Below are positions 20,809-31,332 of a DNA stretch of 64,000 nt, one piece after another. The DNA is taken from the NCBI GenBank assembly GCA_965205025.1, contig CBDBFU010000028.1:64001-128000 (forward strand). The letters run 5' to 3'. Origin of the DNA: Candidatus Poribacteria bacterium (GTDB lineage Bacteria > Poribacteria > WGA-4E > WGA-3G). Every line of letters starts with the position of its first letter. Within the stretch, counting starts at the first letter, position 1. Below the pieces are notes generated by a model. It was given only the letters and a program-made list of their open reading frames with translations. It searched no databases and was not told where the DNA came from. The position numbers were made by a program, and so were the translations under genes.

Positions 20809-20844
20809 GGAGTGGTGTTCTTTTTACCAGAATTCCACTCCTAC
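20809..20844 (-). repeat. GTAG-type REP-like hairpin, possibly acting as a terminator
   Basis: GGAGTGG...CCACTCC followed by TAC (GTAG on the minus strand), just after the redoxin stop. Confidence 0.5.
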
Positions 20845-20867
20845 CCATTATGTATCTTCAAATGTAA

Positions 20868-21941
20868 ATGAAAATTGTTGTCTTAAGTGATAATAGACCT
20901 GGGCATTACAAGCAATCTTTGGGTATGGTACAAAACCTTACCGATTATACTATTGAATGGCAAGACATACGATTCCGTCAAAAATGGCGTGACAACCTAT
21001 TACGAATTTTTATCTGTATATTCGGTAGGTTTTCCCTACCAACGCCATTCATAAAATCCCTCCTCGAATGGAGTCTTCATTCTACTGACTATAAGTCTCT
21101 ACTCATTAAAAACAATGTAGATATAGTAATGTCTACAGGTTCATCTCTTGCTACAATAAATCTTCTTCTTGGAAAACTCTATCAAGCAAAAACCATTACT
21201 TGTCGTAGGCCATCCCCAATCGGAATACGTCATTTTGATCTTGCAGTCCTCCCTATGCTTTCATGGCATACAAGTAAAAATCAGAAAAATGTTTGTAAAA
21301 CTATTGGTGTGCCAAACCCAATCTCACCTGAACTTCTAAATAAAAAAAAAGATGATTATGCCAAGACTCTAAACTTGGATAGGCGTAAATTCATAGGAAT
21401 ATTAATTGGAGGAACTGATAAATCTGAGACTATCACAATTGATGATGCAAAACAACTATACAAAACCATTGAAACAGTTATAAGACACCTTGATTCACAG
21501 ATTCTCCTTACAACTTCTCGACGCACTGCCCCAGAGGTCACCGATTACTTAAAATCTACATTGGAACCAACGAATTGGTGTCCACTTTTCATTGAACCAA
21601 ACACACCATCGACTATTGATGATCCTTATGAAGCCATACTTTCATTAAGCGATCTTATTATTGTTACTGGGGACAGTTTTTCAATGGTATGTGAAGCAGC
21701 GAGTAGTGGAAGAAGTGTAATAGTTCTTCCTATGACTCTTAAAGTTACAAAAGAACCAAGAAGATATGAAGTATACAGATACATGGAGGAACAAACGATG
21801 TTAACCATAAGCAATTGGAATCAGCTTAATCTACATATCAAAGAACAATTCAAAGGTAATACATCAACTAAAATACTACAAGATACAGAAACAGCAGTCC
21901 GAGCAATACGGAAACTACTAAAATCTAAACAAGAGAAATAG
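20868..21941 (+). CDS. ELM1/GtrOC1-like putative glycosyltransferase
   Basis: SDNRPGHYKQS, LIGG, TTSRRT, VTGDSFSMVCEAASSG. Confidence 0.8.
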   Translation: MKIVVLSDNRPGHYKQSLGMVQNLTDYTIEWQDIRFRQKWRDNLLRIFICIFGRFSLPTPFIKSLLEWSLHSTDYKSLLIKNNVDIVMSTGSSLATINLLLGKLYQAKTITCRRPSPIGIRHFDLAVLPMLSWHTSKNQKNVCKTIGVPNPISPELLNKKKDDYAKTLNLDRRKFIGILIGGTDKSETITIDDAKQLYKTIETVIRHLDSQILLTTSRRTAPEVTDYLKSTLEPTNWCPLFIEPNTPSTIDDPYEAILSLSDLIIVTGDSFSMVCEAASSGRSVIVLPMTLKVTKEPRRYEVYRYMEEQTMLTISNWNQLNLHIKEQFKGNTSTKILQDTETAVRAIRKLLKSKQEK

Positions 21942-22110
21942 AGCAACAAATCGATATTCTCAGTGTTATCAATAAAAATTGCAACTAATGTAATTCTAAT
22001 ACAAAAGTAAAATACGATGGTTTCATTTCTGAAACTTTATCTACTTAGACAACACCTCTAAAGGAAGGTCTGGATTTCTATTCTACCTCATATACTTAAC
22101 AGCAAATAAC

Positions 22111-22137
22111 AAAGGGAGGTAAATATACCTCCCTTTT
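22111..22137. terminator. Probable bidirectional intrinsic terminator
   Basis: AAAGGGAGGTA-aata-TACCTCCCTTTT between convergent genes. Confidence 0.8.
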
Positions 22138-22171
22138 GAATCAAGTAATTCTGAAACAAGTCAACAAGTTG

Positions 22172-23107
22172 TTAATTCATATCGTCATCAGTATCTTCCA
22201 TCATAGGTTCATAATACCCAGAACCAAATAAATATCCATCATGCCGAATTGCCCAAGTCCGTTTCAGTTCATCCATCATATTCTCAGGATTCGGCCACAT
22301 ATACTCAACCCATAAACCTGTGCCAGTGGCTTTGGCTATATTTTCCCCAACCTGTGTGCCGTCATCTCCAACAACATTCTTAAGATCTGTACCTATAAAA
22401 TCCGGTCTTGGGGCATGGGCAACAAAACTATCATTTTCACCTGTAATGAATACATACCACTGTCCATCAATGTTTGCTTTATCATTGTAATAGGTTGCTG
22501 TTGCTTCAATACCTAATGCTTCATACCGTGCTATAGCTTCTAATACAATTTCGCGTGTATAAGCTTCTGGATTTTCTTTTGTAGCTTTTACAACTGTAGA
22601 TGGATCTGGTGTCCATGGTACATAATAGCCTGTCGCAAAAAGATAGCCTTCGTATCGAATTGACCACGTGCGTTTAATCTCTAACTTATTTGTATCAGGA
22701 TTTGGCCATAAATATTCTGTCCAAAGACCACTTTCTGTAGCCATCGCTATATTTGCACCTACAGGTGTTCCATCAATACTATCAATTTCTTTAATATCTT
22801 TACCAAGGAAATGCTGTGCCAATGGATGAGCAACATAAATATCATCTTTATCTGTAATGAAAACATACCATTGACCATCTATATTCGCTGGATCATGGTA
22901 ATAGGCAGCTGTAGCATCAGCACCATCGGTTTTGTATTTATCAATCGCTTGTTGAACAAGGGCTATTGCGTAGGTTTCGGGCATATCTTTTGTGGGTATT
23001 TCAGCTTGTTCGACAGAATCCATTAAAGACTTGGTTAAATTCTCACACCCAATTATACTTAGAACTGTAAAAGAAAAAATAAGCAGTATTACAAATTTCT
23101 GTTTCAA
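22172..23107 (-). CDS. Lipoprotein with two tandem single-Cache domains and no output domain
   Basis: Lipobox LSIIG-C; duplicated GQWYVFI..VAH..G.W.EY.WPNP..KRTW..GYLF.GYY units. Confidence 0.8.
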   Translation of the reverse strand: MKQKFVILLIFSFTVLSIIGCENLTKSLMDSVEQAEIPTKDMPETYAIALVQQAIDKYKTDGADATAAYYHDPANIDGQWYVFITDKDDIYVAHPLAQHFLGKDIKEIDSIDGTPVGANIAMATESGLWTEYLWPNPDTNKLEIKRTWSIRYEGYLFATGYYVPWTPDPSTVVKATKENPEAYTREIVLEAIARYEALGIEATATYYNDKANIDGQWYVFITGENDSFVAHAPRPDFIGTDLKNVVGDDGTQVGENIAKATGTGLWVEYMWPNPENMMDELKRTWAIRHDGYLFGSGYYEPMMEDTDDDMN

Positions 23108-23309
23108 ATTTGACTCCTTTTATGACATAAATTATAGAAGAATTAAATAATTTTTTATAAACATACATAATTGTATAATCTAAATTTTGGAATGTCAAAT
23201 TGCTTATACCCTTGTATTCAATTTTGTGTTAGTATAGTTGTAGTCTCATAAATGGCAGAATATGTATATTATGATTATATTCTAATCTTACTTATCATTG
23301 GAGATTCAA

Positions 23310-24539
23310 ATGGCAGATACATTGGCAATTTCAGGTGGAACTCCTGTTCGAAACACAGAAACTCACCCTTGGTCTTCCTGGCCCCAGAATACATCTGAGG
23401 AATGGAATTCAAAAGTTGAACCATTACTTCGAGATGTTTATATGAGTAGTAATGAAGGTTCAGGTGGGACTATGATACCTCGTTTTTGTGAACAATATGC
23501 CTCTTATACAGGAACTAACTACGCACTATTTATGCCACACGGAACAGATTCTATTAGTGCCGCATTAGCGGGTGCTTTAGATTTGGATGGTTTCAGTGAT
23601 GGAGGTGAAATCATCGTTCCAAACTATACATTTGTGGCAACGGCAAGTGCAGTATTGGAACGAAGGTGTACTGTTGCTTTTGTTGATATATCTCCTGACA
23701 CATTCACAATTGATCCTAAGGCTGTAGAAGCTGCAATTACACCTAAGACAAGGGCAATTCTTCCTGTCCATCTTGGTGGACACCCTGCAGATATGGGGAC
23801 ATTGCAAGAAATAGCCAAAAAGCATGAGTTATATCTGATTGAGGATTGCGCACAAGCACACGGAGCAGAATATCAGAATAAGAAAGTTGGAAATCTCAGT
23901 GATGTAGGTGCATTCAGTTTCCAAGCATCAAAAAACCTTACTTCTGGTGAAGGTGGTATGGTTACAACAAATGATAAAGATATCCATGACCGAGTCTGTG
24001 CATTTATGAATGTAGGACGCGCTCCCGGTGGGGCAAGGTGGGAATATCCCCGATTAGGATGGAACTATCGACCTTCAGAATATCTTGCTGCTATTTTACT
24101 TGTTAGGTTAGATCTTCTTGAAGAACAGACAAATCTACGGAATCGAAATGCTGTATATCTCTCATCATTGCTGGATGAAGTTCACGGTATTACTCCTCCA
24201 ATACATGCAACATGGGTAACAAAACACGGGTATCATTTGTATTGTATGAAATATAATCCAGAAGGTTTCGGTGGGAAATCACGTGAGGAATTCGTAAAAG
24301 CTCTCTCAGCAGAAGGCATTCCATGTTCAAGTGGTTATCGTTCACCATTGTCAAGAGAACCTGGTATGGCACATGTGGGAGAGAAATATCCTGATCTTAT
24401 TCGAACACTTCCTTGTCCAAATGCAGAATTAGTTTGTGAACAAAGTATTTGGTTATTCCAAAACCTGCTCTTAGGTTCTGAATCTGATATGAATCAGGTC
24501 ATTGAAGCAATAACTAAGATACACATCGCATGGAACTAA
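23310..24539 (+). CDS. DegT/DnrJ/EryC1/StrS family PLP aminotransferase
   Basis: GGAG RBS before ATG 23310; VPNYTFVATA, IEDCAQAHGA, FSFQASKNLTSGEGG. Confidence 0.92.
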   Translation: MADTLAISGGTPVRNTETHPWSSWPQNTSEEWNSKVEPLLRDVYMSSNEGSGGTMIPRFCEQYASYTGTNYALFMPHGTDSISAALAGALDLDGFSDGGEIIVPNYTFVATASAVLERRCTVAFVDISPDTFTIDPKAVEAAITPKTRAILPVHLGGHPADMGTLQEIAKKHELYLIEDCAQAHGAEYQNKKVGNLSDVGAFSFQASKNLTSGEGGMVTTNDKDIHDRVCAFMNVGRAPGGARWEYPRLGWNYRPSEYLAAILLVRLDLLEEQTNLRNRNAVYLSSLLDEVHGITPPIHATWVTKHGYHLYCMKYNPEGFGGKSREEFVKALSAEGIPCSSGYRSPLSREPGMAHVGEKYPDLIRTLPCPNAELVCEQSIWLFQNLLLGSESDMNQVIEAITKIHIAWN

Positions 24540-24574
24540 TTTGATTTGGATATTAAACAAAAACCAATTCTCTG

Positions 24575-26404
24575 ATGCAAGAACAAAATAATAAACCACT
24601 TCTTGTTTATGACGGTGATTGCGATTTCTGTAAATATTGGATTACACAGTGGCAACATATCACACAGGATAGAATAAAGTATGTTCCATATCAGCAAATT
24701 GCATCAGAATTTCCCAATATACCTCTCTCTTCATTCCAATCGTCCATCAAATTAATACACACTGATGGTCAGGTTCATTCAGGTGCAGAGGCAGTCTTTC
24801 GTGCTTTGAATAATAGAATCCTGCTTTGGTGTTATACTAAGTTGAAGCTCTTTTCTGTTATATGTGAAGTATCATACCGAATTATTGCTAATAACCGTTC
24901 ACTATTCTCAGCATTAACCCGATGGTTATGGGGAACACATAATGAAAGAGTTACACTTTCATTTTCGCGTTGGATTTTTCTTAAAGGTCTTGGGTGCATC
25001 TATCTGTTTGCTTTTCTATCACTATGGGTTCAAATTCAAGGGTTACTTGGAAGTAATGGGATACTACCAATCGATCGGTATTTATCTAATATACAACTAC
25101 AGATAGGTTTTAAGTCCTACACCCTTTTACCTACACTTTTCTGGCTAAATTCTTCCGATTTTTTCTTACATATACTTTGTGGAATAGGGGTTGGTCTTTC
25201 ATTATTACTAATCGTTGGCTATATACCAACCCTCTGTTTAACAACCCTATGGGTTCTATACCTATCTCTCGTAACTATCGGACAAGTCTTTCTTAGTTTT
25301 CAATGGGATGTACTACTACTGGAAACTGGTTTTTTGGCAATCTTCATCTCTTCCCTTAGAATAAAGGATAATATAAATGCCAATTCATCATACCATTCAT
25401 TATATATATGGTTATTACGTTGGCTTTTATTCCGTTTAATGTTCGCTTCTGGTTATGTAAAATTAGTTAGTGATGAAGTTTGGCGTAACCTTACAGCACT
25501 CAACTTTCACTATGAAACACAACCATTACCCACATTGTTTGGATGGTATATACACCAATTACCTGAGTGGTTTCATAAGGCTTCAACATTCTTTATGTTT
25601 GGTGTTGAACTTGTCATACCATTCCTGGTTTTTGCCCCGCGTCGACTTCGTACATTAGGATCTTTCATTCTCATTGGTCTGCAACTATCGATTATACTTA
25701 CTGGTAATTACTGCTTTTTTAATCTACTAACTATATTACTATGTCTGCTACTAATAGACGACATCACTTGGAAAAAATTAATTCCAAAAAGATTCATTCA
25801 TACAAGACCTATTATTGATAAGTCCCTGAGAACTACCAGTAGGATTTGTTTGGTATCTTTAGCAATTCTACTTTTCTCATTGAGTTGTCTAAGATTTACC
25901 GGTCAACTGTTACCTGAAACTAAGATTAGAGAATTAGTTTGGAAAACACCGTTACAATGGATTACCCCTTTTCATTTAGTAAATACCTACGGTCTCTTTG
26001 CCGATATGACAGAAACACGACCTGAGATTGTAATTGAAGGGAGTAATGATAGGATTAACTGGATTCCTTATGAGTTTAAATGGAAACCTGGCGATCTATC
26101 AGAATCACCAAAATGGGTTGCTCCACACCAACCGAGATTAGACTGGCAAATGTGGTTTGCAGCACTTAGAGGAAATGTGAGAAACACGCCATGGTTTCTC
26201 AACTTTATGGAAGAATTGCTAAGAGGAAATCAAGATGTGGTAAATTTATTGAAAGAAAACCCATTTCCTAACGCTCCGCCAAAATATTTACGTGCCAATT
26301 TATACAACTATGAATTTACCGATATTGAAACTAAGAAGACTGAAGGCAAATGGTGGAGAAGAGAGAAAATTGGTACATACTGTCCAGTAATATCACTTCG
26401 TTAG
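24575..26404 (+). CDS. Lipase maturation factor family protein with N-terminal DCC1-like thiol-disulfide domain
   Basis: YDGDCDFC; FQWDVLLLETGF, HYETQPLP, APHQPRLDWQMWFAAL. Confidence 0.9.
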   Translation: MQEQNNKPLLVYDGDCDFCKYWITQWQHITQDRIKYVPYQQIASEFPNIPLSSFQSSIKLIHTDGQVHSGAEAVFRALNNRILLWCYTKLKLFSVICEVSYRIIANNRSLFSALTRWLWGTHNERVTLSFSRWIFLKGLGCIYLFAFLSLWVQIQGLLGSNGILPIDRYLSNIQLQIGFKSYTLLPTLFWLNSSDFFLHILCGIGVGLSLLLIVGYIPTLCLTTLWVLYLSLVTIGQVFLSFQWDVLLLETGFLAIFISSLRIKDNINANSSYHSLYIWLLRWLLFRLMFASGYVKLVSDEVWRNLTALNFHYETQPLPTLFGWYIHQLPEWFHKASTFFMFGVELVIPFLVFAPRRLRTLGSFILIGLQLSIILTGNYCFFNLLTILLCLLLIDDITWKKLIPKRFIHTRPIIDKSLRTTSRICLVSLAILLFSLSCLRFTGQLLPETKIRELVWKTPLQWITPFHLVNTYGLFADMTETRPEIVIEGSNDRINWIPYEFKWKPGDLSESPKWVAPHQPRLDWQMWFAALRGNVRNTPWFLNFMEELLRGNQDVVNLLKENPFPNAPPKYLRANLYNYEFTDIETKKTEGKWWRREKIGTYCPVISLR

Positions 26405-26441
26405 ACATTAGAATCAAATAACAACTATATTAGGTGAGAAA

Positions 26442-27203
26442 ATGCAAAGTGAATTTATATCGGTTGCATTAGATGCAGCCAAAAAAGCTGAAGATATCAT
26501 TCTATCATACTATAATGGAGATATTAATGTTGAGTTAAAAGAGGATGAAACCCCGGTTACCTATGCAGATAGAGAAGCTGAAAAGGTAATTAGAGAAACA
26601 ATTAAACATACATTTCCAGACCACGGTTTCTTAGGTGAAGAGTATGGAATTGAAAAAGGGGATTCACCTTATATCTGGATAATTGACCCTATAGACGCTA
26701 CCAAGAACTATATCAGAAAAATACCAATTTTTGGTACACAGATCGCATTAATGAAAGATGATGAATTAATCGTAGGTGTCTCTAATGCACCACTCTTAAA
26801 TGAAGTCCTATATGCAGAGAAAGGACATGGAGCATTTCTAAATGAAAACCCAATCAATGTATCAGAAATTACAGAACTGAATGATGCAATGATATGTCAT
26901 GGTGGGATAAAATGGTTTGTTGAAAAAGGTACATTCCATGGGATATACGACCTAATCAACGATACTGCTCGAAGTAGAGGGTTTGGTGACTTTTATATGT
27001 ACCATCTTCTGTCTTCTGCAAGAGCAGATGCAGTAATTGAAGCTGCAATTAGTATTTGGGATATAGCTGCAATTACTGTAATTATACAAGAGGCAGGTGG
27101 CAGAGTGACAGATTTACAAGGGAATGATATTATAACAAGGACGAATTCACTATTGGCTACAAATGGAATACTACATAATGAAATACTAAGCTATTTTCAG
27201 TGA
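26442..27203 (+). CDS. Inositol monophosphatase family protein (possibly HisN-type histidinol-phosphate phosphatase)
   Basis: GEEYG, WIIDPIDATKNY, RGFGDFY, WDIAA. Confidence 0.85.
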   Translation: MQSEFISVALDAAKKAEDIILSYYNGDINVELKEDETPVTYADREAEKVIRETIKHTFPDHGFLGEEYGIEKGDSPYIWIIDPIDATKNYIRKIPIFGTQIALMKDDELIVGVSNAPLLNEVLYAEKGHGAFLNENPINVSEITELNDAMICHGGIKWFVEKGTFHGIYDLINDTARSRGFGDFYMYHLLSSARADAVIEAAISIWDIAAITVIIQEAGGRVTDLQGNDIITRTNSLLATNGILHNEILSYFQ

Positions 27204-27360
27204 AGAACTGATCAATAAATTATCATATCATTTCATAGCAGTCTTGTAATCTTGAAAGACATTTCTACATCTGTGATTCTATTGCTTGAACTTTAAGCAA
27301 TTACTATATATAATAATACTCATTTAGATTCGTAGTGGTTAATCCAAATTAAAGAAACTT

Positions 27361-28077
27361 ATGCCAGAAAAAATAATCCCAGATAAGCTTGTAGTTTTAA
27401 CATTTGATGATGGTTGTAAGTCTCAAGCGACCTTTGTTGGACCATTATTGGAAAGTTACGGTTTCGGTGCCACCTTCTATATTACGGAAGGACTTGGATT
27501 CTTAGATAATAAAGAAGCATATATGACTTGGGAAGAGGTATTATCACTCCATGATGCAGGCTTTGAAATAGGTAACCATACCCAGCACCACCGAAATGTA
27601 TCCACCCAATCTAAAGATGAACTGACGGAAGACCTACTCCATATAGATAAACGATGTGAAGAATATGGTATATCAAAGACGACTACATTTTGCTATCCTG
27701 GTTATAATTATTCAGATGAAGCAGTTCAGGTCGTTAAAAACTACGGTTTTCAATTTGCAAGACGTGGCATTGCCCCAGAATTTCCTTACGATTCTGAAGG
27801 TGGTAGAGGACCTGCCTATAACCCATTAATACATGATCCTCTCTTAGTTCCCACTACGGGGGCATCCGGACCAAATTGGGATTTTGACGATTTCAAATGG
27901 GCATTAACTCAAGCAACAGATGGTAATATAACCATTTTAACTTTTCATGGAGTTCCGGATATAGAACATCCGTGGGTACACACAGAACCCGATATATTTG
28001 AAACATACATGACATATCTTGCCGAGAACGACTTCACTGTCATTGCCCTCCGCGATTTATCAAGTTATATTTCTTAA
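27361..28077 (+). CDS. Polysaccharide deacetylase (NodB-like)
   Basis: LTFDDG, EIGNHTQHH, FCYPG, LTFHG. Confidence 0.9.
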   Translation: MPEKIIPDKLVVLTFDDGCKSQATFVGPLLESYGFGATFYITEGLGFLDNKEAYMTWEEVLSLHDAGFEIGNHTQHHRNVSTQSKDELTEDLLHIDKRCEEYGISKTTTFCYPGYNYSDEAVQVVKNYGFQFARRGIAPEFPYDSEGGRGPAYNPLIHDPLLVPTTGASGPNWDFDDFKWALTQATDGNITILTFHGVPDIEHPWVHTEPDIFETYMTYLAENDFTVIALRDLSSYIS

Positions 28078-28493
28078 TATAACTGAATCGGTTGTAGAAG
28101 ATTTACAGTTATTAATCCTTATATTCTACTTCATAACCACAGTAGGTTCGGATCTAACTTAGGAATAAGTTTGTTTTTCAGGTGTAAATGTTGTATACTT
28201 ATTAGGCTTTTTCTGATACATCAGGAGTAGGTATAGTTATTTTGTAATATTTATCTTAATCCTTGATATTTAAAATATCACTATTAACCTAAAACATTCT
28301 GTATCTATATGAGTTCTGATACGTAGTAATTGATTAGTTCTGAAAATCTATTTAACTTTATCAAAGACAAGGTGACATTATTATTATATCTTAAATTCAT
28401 TAATATTATATAAAGGGGTATATTACATCAGATCAATTCCTTGTATGATGTAATGAAGTGCACAGTCCATATACTTGTGTTGATTTTACGTTC

Positions 28494-29033
28494 ATGTTAA
28501 AAGAAATTACAAATAATGTTACCCGATGGGACACGTATATATTCCAACGTATTTTCGGTTGGGGTGATAGGAGATTTCTTACCCGTTACTTCCGTATACT
28601 ATCCTGGAGTGCTAATGGATATCTATATCCGTTAGTAGCAATGTACGTATTAATTACATTCGAAACATCAATTACGAAACCTTTCTTACTTTCAGCCGCG
28701 GTTGCATTCCCAATAAAAGGTATTTTATACCATTTGATAAAACAAACTCTAAAACGTGATCGTCCTTATCAAAAAATTGATGAAATTACATTTAGAGTCC
28801 GACCACCAGATCGTTTTAGTTTTCCTTCCGGTCATACTGCTTCGGCATTTCTTGTTATGACCCTGTTATCAAGTTTTTTCCCTATTCCAATCTTGCATTT
28901 TACAACGTTTATCTGGGCTTCTATGGTTGGCGTAGCCCGTGTGTATTTAGGTGTTCATTATCCTACCGATGTCCTTGCTGGTTCAATGCTCGGTATATTC
29001 TCAGCAGAATTTGCTATGTTGATTGTTCAATAA
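28494..29033 (+). CDS. PAP2 family membrane phosphatase (alternative GTG start at 28458)
   Basis: [26 protein letters not shown]. Confidence 0.92.
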   Translation: MLKEITNNVTRWDTYIFQRIFGWGDRRFLTRYFRILSWSANGYLYPLVAMYVLITFETSITKPFLLSAAVAFPIKGILYHLIKQTLKRDRPYQKIDEITFRVRPPDRFSFPSGHTASAFLVMTLLSSFFPIPILHFTTFIWASMVGVARVYLGVHYPTDVLAGSMLGIFSAEFAMLIVQ

Positions 29034-29368
29034 ATTGCACATAATTTACCCGATAATATGTAAAGTATTTTGAATACTCCGAAATAGAGACTATAGTCAG
29101 TTAATTAACTTGTACCAAACAATCAATCTTCTCGGTAATCTACACATTAATTAAATAAAACCTATCGTTGTTTTATTTCCTTTTGTTATCGGCATTTCTA
29201 TGACAATAGAATTACCGCAGCATCGAATTTGAATTCCGTATTTCTCAATCTATACAGTAATTCCTAATTCCTGTAATTGAATTGTATTGTGATGATATCT
29301 ATCATCAAATAGATTAGTTTATTCTTAAAATATACTATAATCAAGTTTGCAGTAAAGGTTTGTAAACT

Positions 29369-31267
29369 ATGTATAGACATCTCTTAGCATTAACTATATT
29401 CCTGATTTCCCTCTTCCTTTATATACAGAACATCTACGGACAACAAGAAAATCCAGATTTTTTGTTGCCATCAAATGCTGTAAAACGCATAGGAAAAGGA
29501 TTCCTATATGACCTTGAATACTCACCTGACAGATCAAAACTTGCTGTTGCGACTACTTTAGGTATTTGGATTTATGATACTACTAATGGAAATGCACTGA
29601 ATCTATTAACCGGTCATACTCAAGGTGTAACTTCAGTATGTTTCAATTCTGATGGAAGAATACTTGCAAGTAGCAGTTATGATGATACAATACGTTTATG
29701 GGATATGGAAACGGGGAAATTCATAAGAAAGTTTTCTGGTCACACCAGTAATGTCTATACAGTGGCATTTAGTCCTGATGATCGTACCATTGTAAGTGGT
29801 AGCAGGGATGAGATGATAGGATTTTGGGATGTCGAAACCGGTAATTTAGATAAGACTATAGCAGGGCATGTAAACGGAGTCTATGGGGTTAGATATTCTC
29901 CTAATGGAGAAATTCTGGCAAGTTATGGGGGTAATGAGAGGATTAATCTTTGGAATACAGAAACTGGGGAATTTATCAATACGCTGAATCCAAAATATCA
30001 TCCTACCTTAGTTGGAGCAACTGGAATTGAAGCAATAGTATTCTCTCCAGACAATACCACTCTTGTATCTGCAAATAGTAATGGAACAATTCGAGTATGG
30101 GACCTTAACAAGCTAAAAATAAATCGGACATTTGAAACAACTCAAAGTGAGGTATATGCAGTCAGATTCAGCCCTGATGGGAAAACACTGGCAATAAATG
30201 GTCCTCTCAATAATGAGAATACTATTCAAATTTGGGATATATCCACAGGAAATCAGATATCAGCTCTCAACGGACACACTGATATAGTTGCATCATTAAA
30301 ATTTTCACCTGATGGAAATTCCTTAGCGAGTTATAGTTATGATAATACCATACAATTTTGGAATGTTAAGACGGGAGCTCGAATACGAACTATTACAGGT
30401 CATAATAATGGAGTTATTCGCTCTGTCATGTATTCATCGGATGGAAAGACTGTAGCATCTTTTACTCATAGAGGAATTATGCAGGTATGGGATGCAACAA
30501 CATATAGTTTGATAAGTAATACAAAGGTGGAATTTCAGTCGTTTAGGTGTGCTGACTATTCACCGGATAGTCTGACATTTGCTTTTGGTCATAATAATGG
30601 AAAGATAAAAATAATCAATAGGATTTCAGGTGAAAATATACATACAATTAAGAATGCTCATTCAGGAGTTATAACATCTGTAGCATTTAGACAAGATACA
30701 AGAATACTTGCAAGTGGAAGTTATGACAAGATGGTGCGTTTATGGGATGTTTCTACTGGTAAACTTATAGATACATTAGCAGGTCATGAATATGCAGTCC
30801 TAACAGTACAATTTTCACCATCAGGAGATATATTGGTAAGTGGAAGTAGTGATGGAATCCTATATTATTGGGATGTTAATACCGGAGACCCTATACGAAC
30901 AATTGCTGCACACACAGATCGGATTGAAAACATCTCATTTTCAAAAACAGGAGATAAACTTGCTACTTCTTCTGATGATGATACTATTCGATTATGGGAT
31001 GTTTCTACAGGCAGCTTTCTGAGAACTATTACACCAAATAGGAACATCTATTCGGTGAAATTTTCTCCAGATGGAAAGACATTAGCAAGTTCACATCTAC
31101 GAGCAGTTTTTCTTTGGAATGTTTCTACAGGTGAATTCATAAATATGTCCACAGGACATAGTAGAGCTATTTATGGTTTGGCATTCTCTCCTGATGGAAA
31201 AACATTGATAAGTGGTAGTCATGATCATACGATGATTGTACGGAAAATGAATCCAGGAAACAATTGA
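29369..31267 (+). CDS. Secreted WD40-repeat protein (double beta-propeller size)
   Basis: Signal peptide, LPSNAVKRIGKG cap, many GH..V..FSPDG..WD repeats. Confidence 0.92.
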   Translation: MYRHLLALTIFLISLFLYIQNIYGQQENPDFLLPSNAVKRIGKGFLYDLEYSPDRSKLAVATTLGIWIYDTTNGNALNLLTGHTQGVTSVCFNSDGRILASSSYDDTIRLWDMETGKFIRKFSGHTSNVYTVAFSPDDRTIVSGSRDEMIGFWDVETGNLDKTIAGHVNGVYGVRYSPNGEILASYGGNERINLWNTETGEFINTLNPKYHPTLVGATGIEAIVFSPDNTTLVSANSNGTIRVWDLNKLKINRTFETTQSEVYAVRFSPDGKTLAINGPLNNENTIQIWDISTGNQISALNGHTDIVASLKFSPDGNSLASYSYDNTIQFWNVKTGARIRTITGHNNGVIRSVMYSSDGKTVASFTHRGIMQVWDATTYSLISNTKVEFQSFRCADYSPDSLTFAFGHNNGKIKIINRISGENIHTIKNAHSGVITSVAFRQDTRILASGSYDKMVRLWDVSTGKLIDTLAGHEYAVLTVQFSPSGDILVSGSSDGILYYWDVNTGDPIRTIAAHTDRIENISFSKTGDKLATSSDDDTIRLWDVSTGSFLRTITPNRNIYSVKFSPDGKTLASSHLRAVFLWNVSTGEFINMSTGHSRAIYGLAFSPDGKTLISGSHDHTMIVRKMNPGNN

Positions 31268-31332
31268 CTTTTCATATCAAAATGCATCCATGATTATGTT
31301 TATACTCTTTCAAAATAACAATACAATTATCT

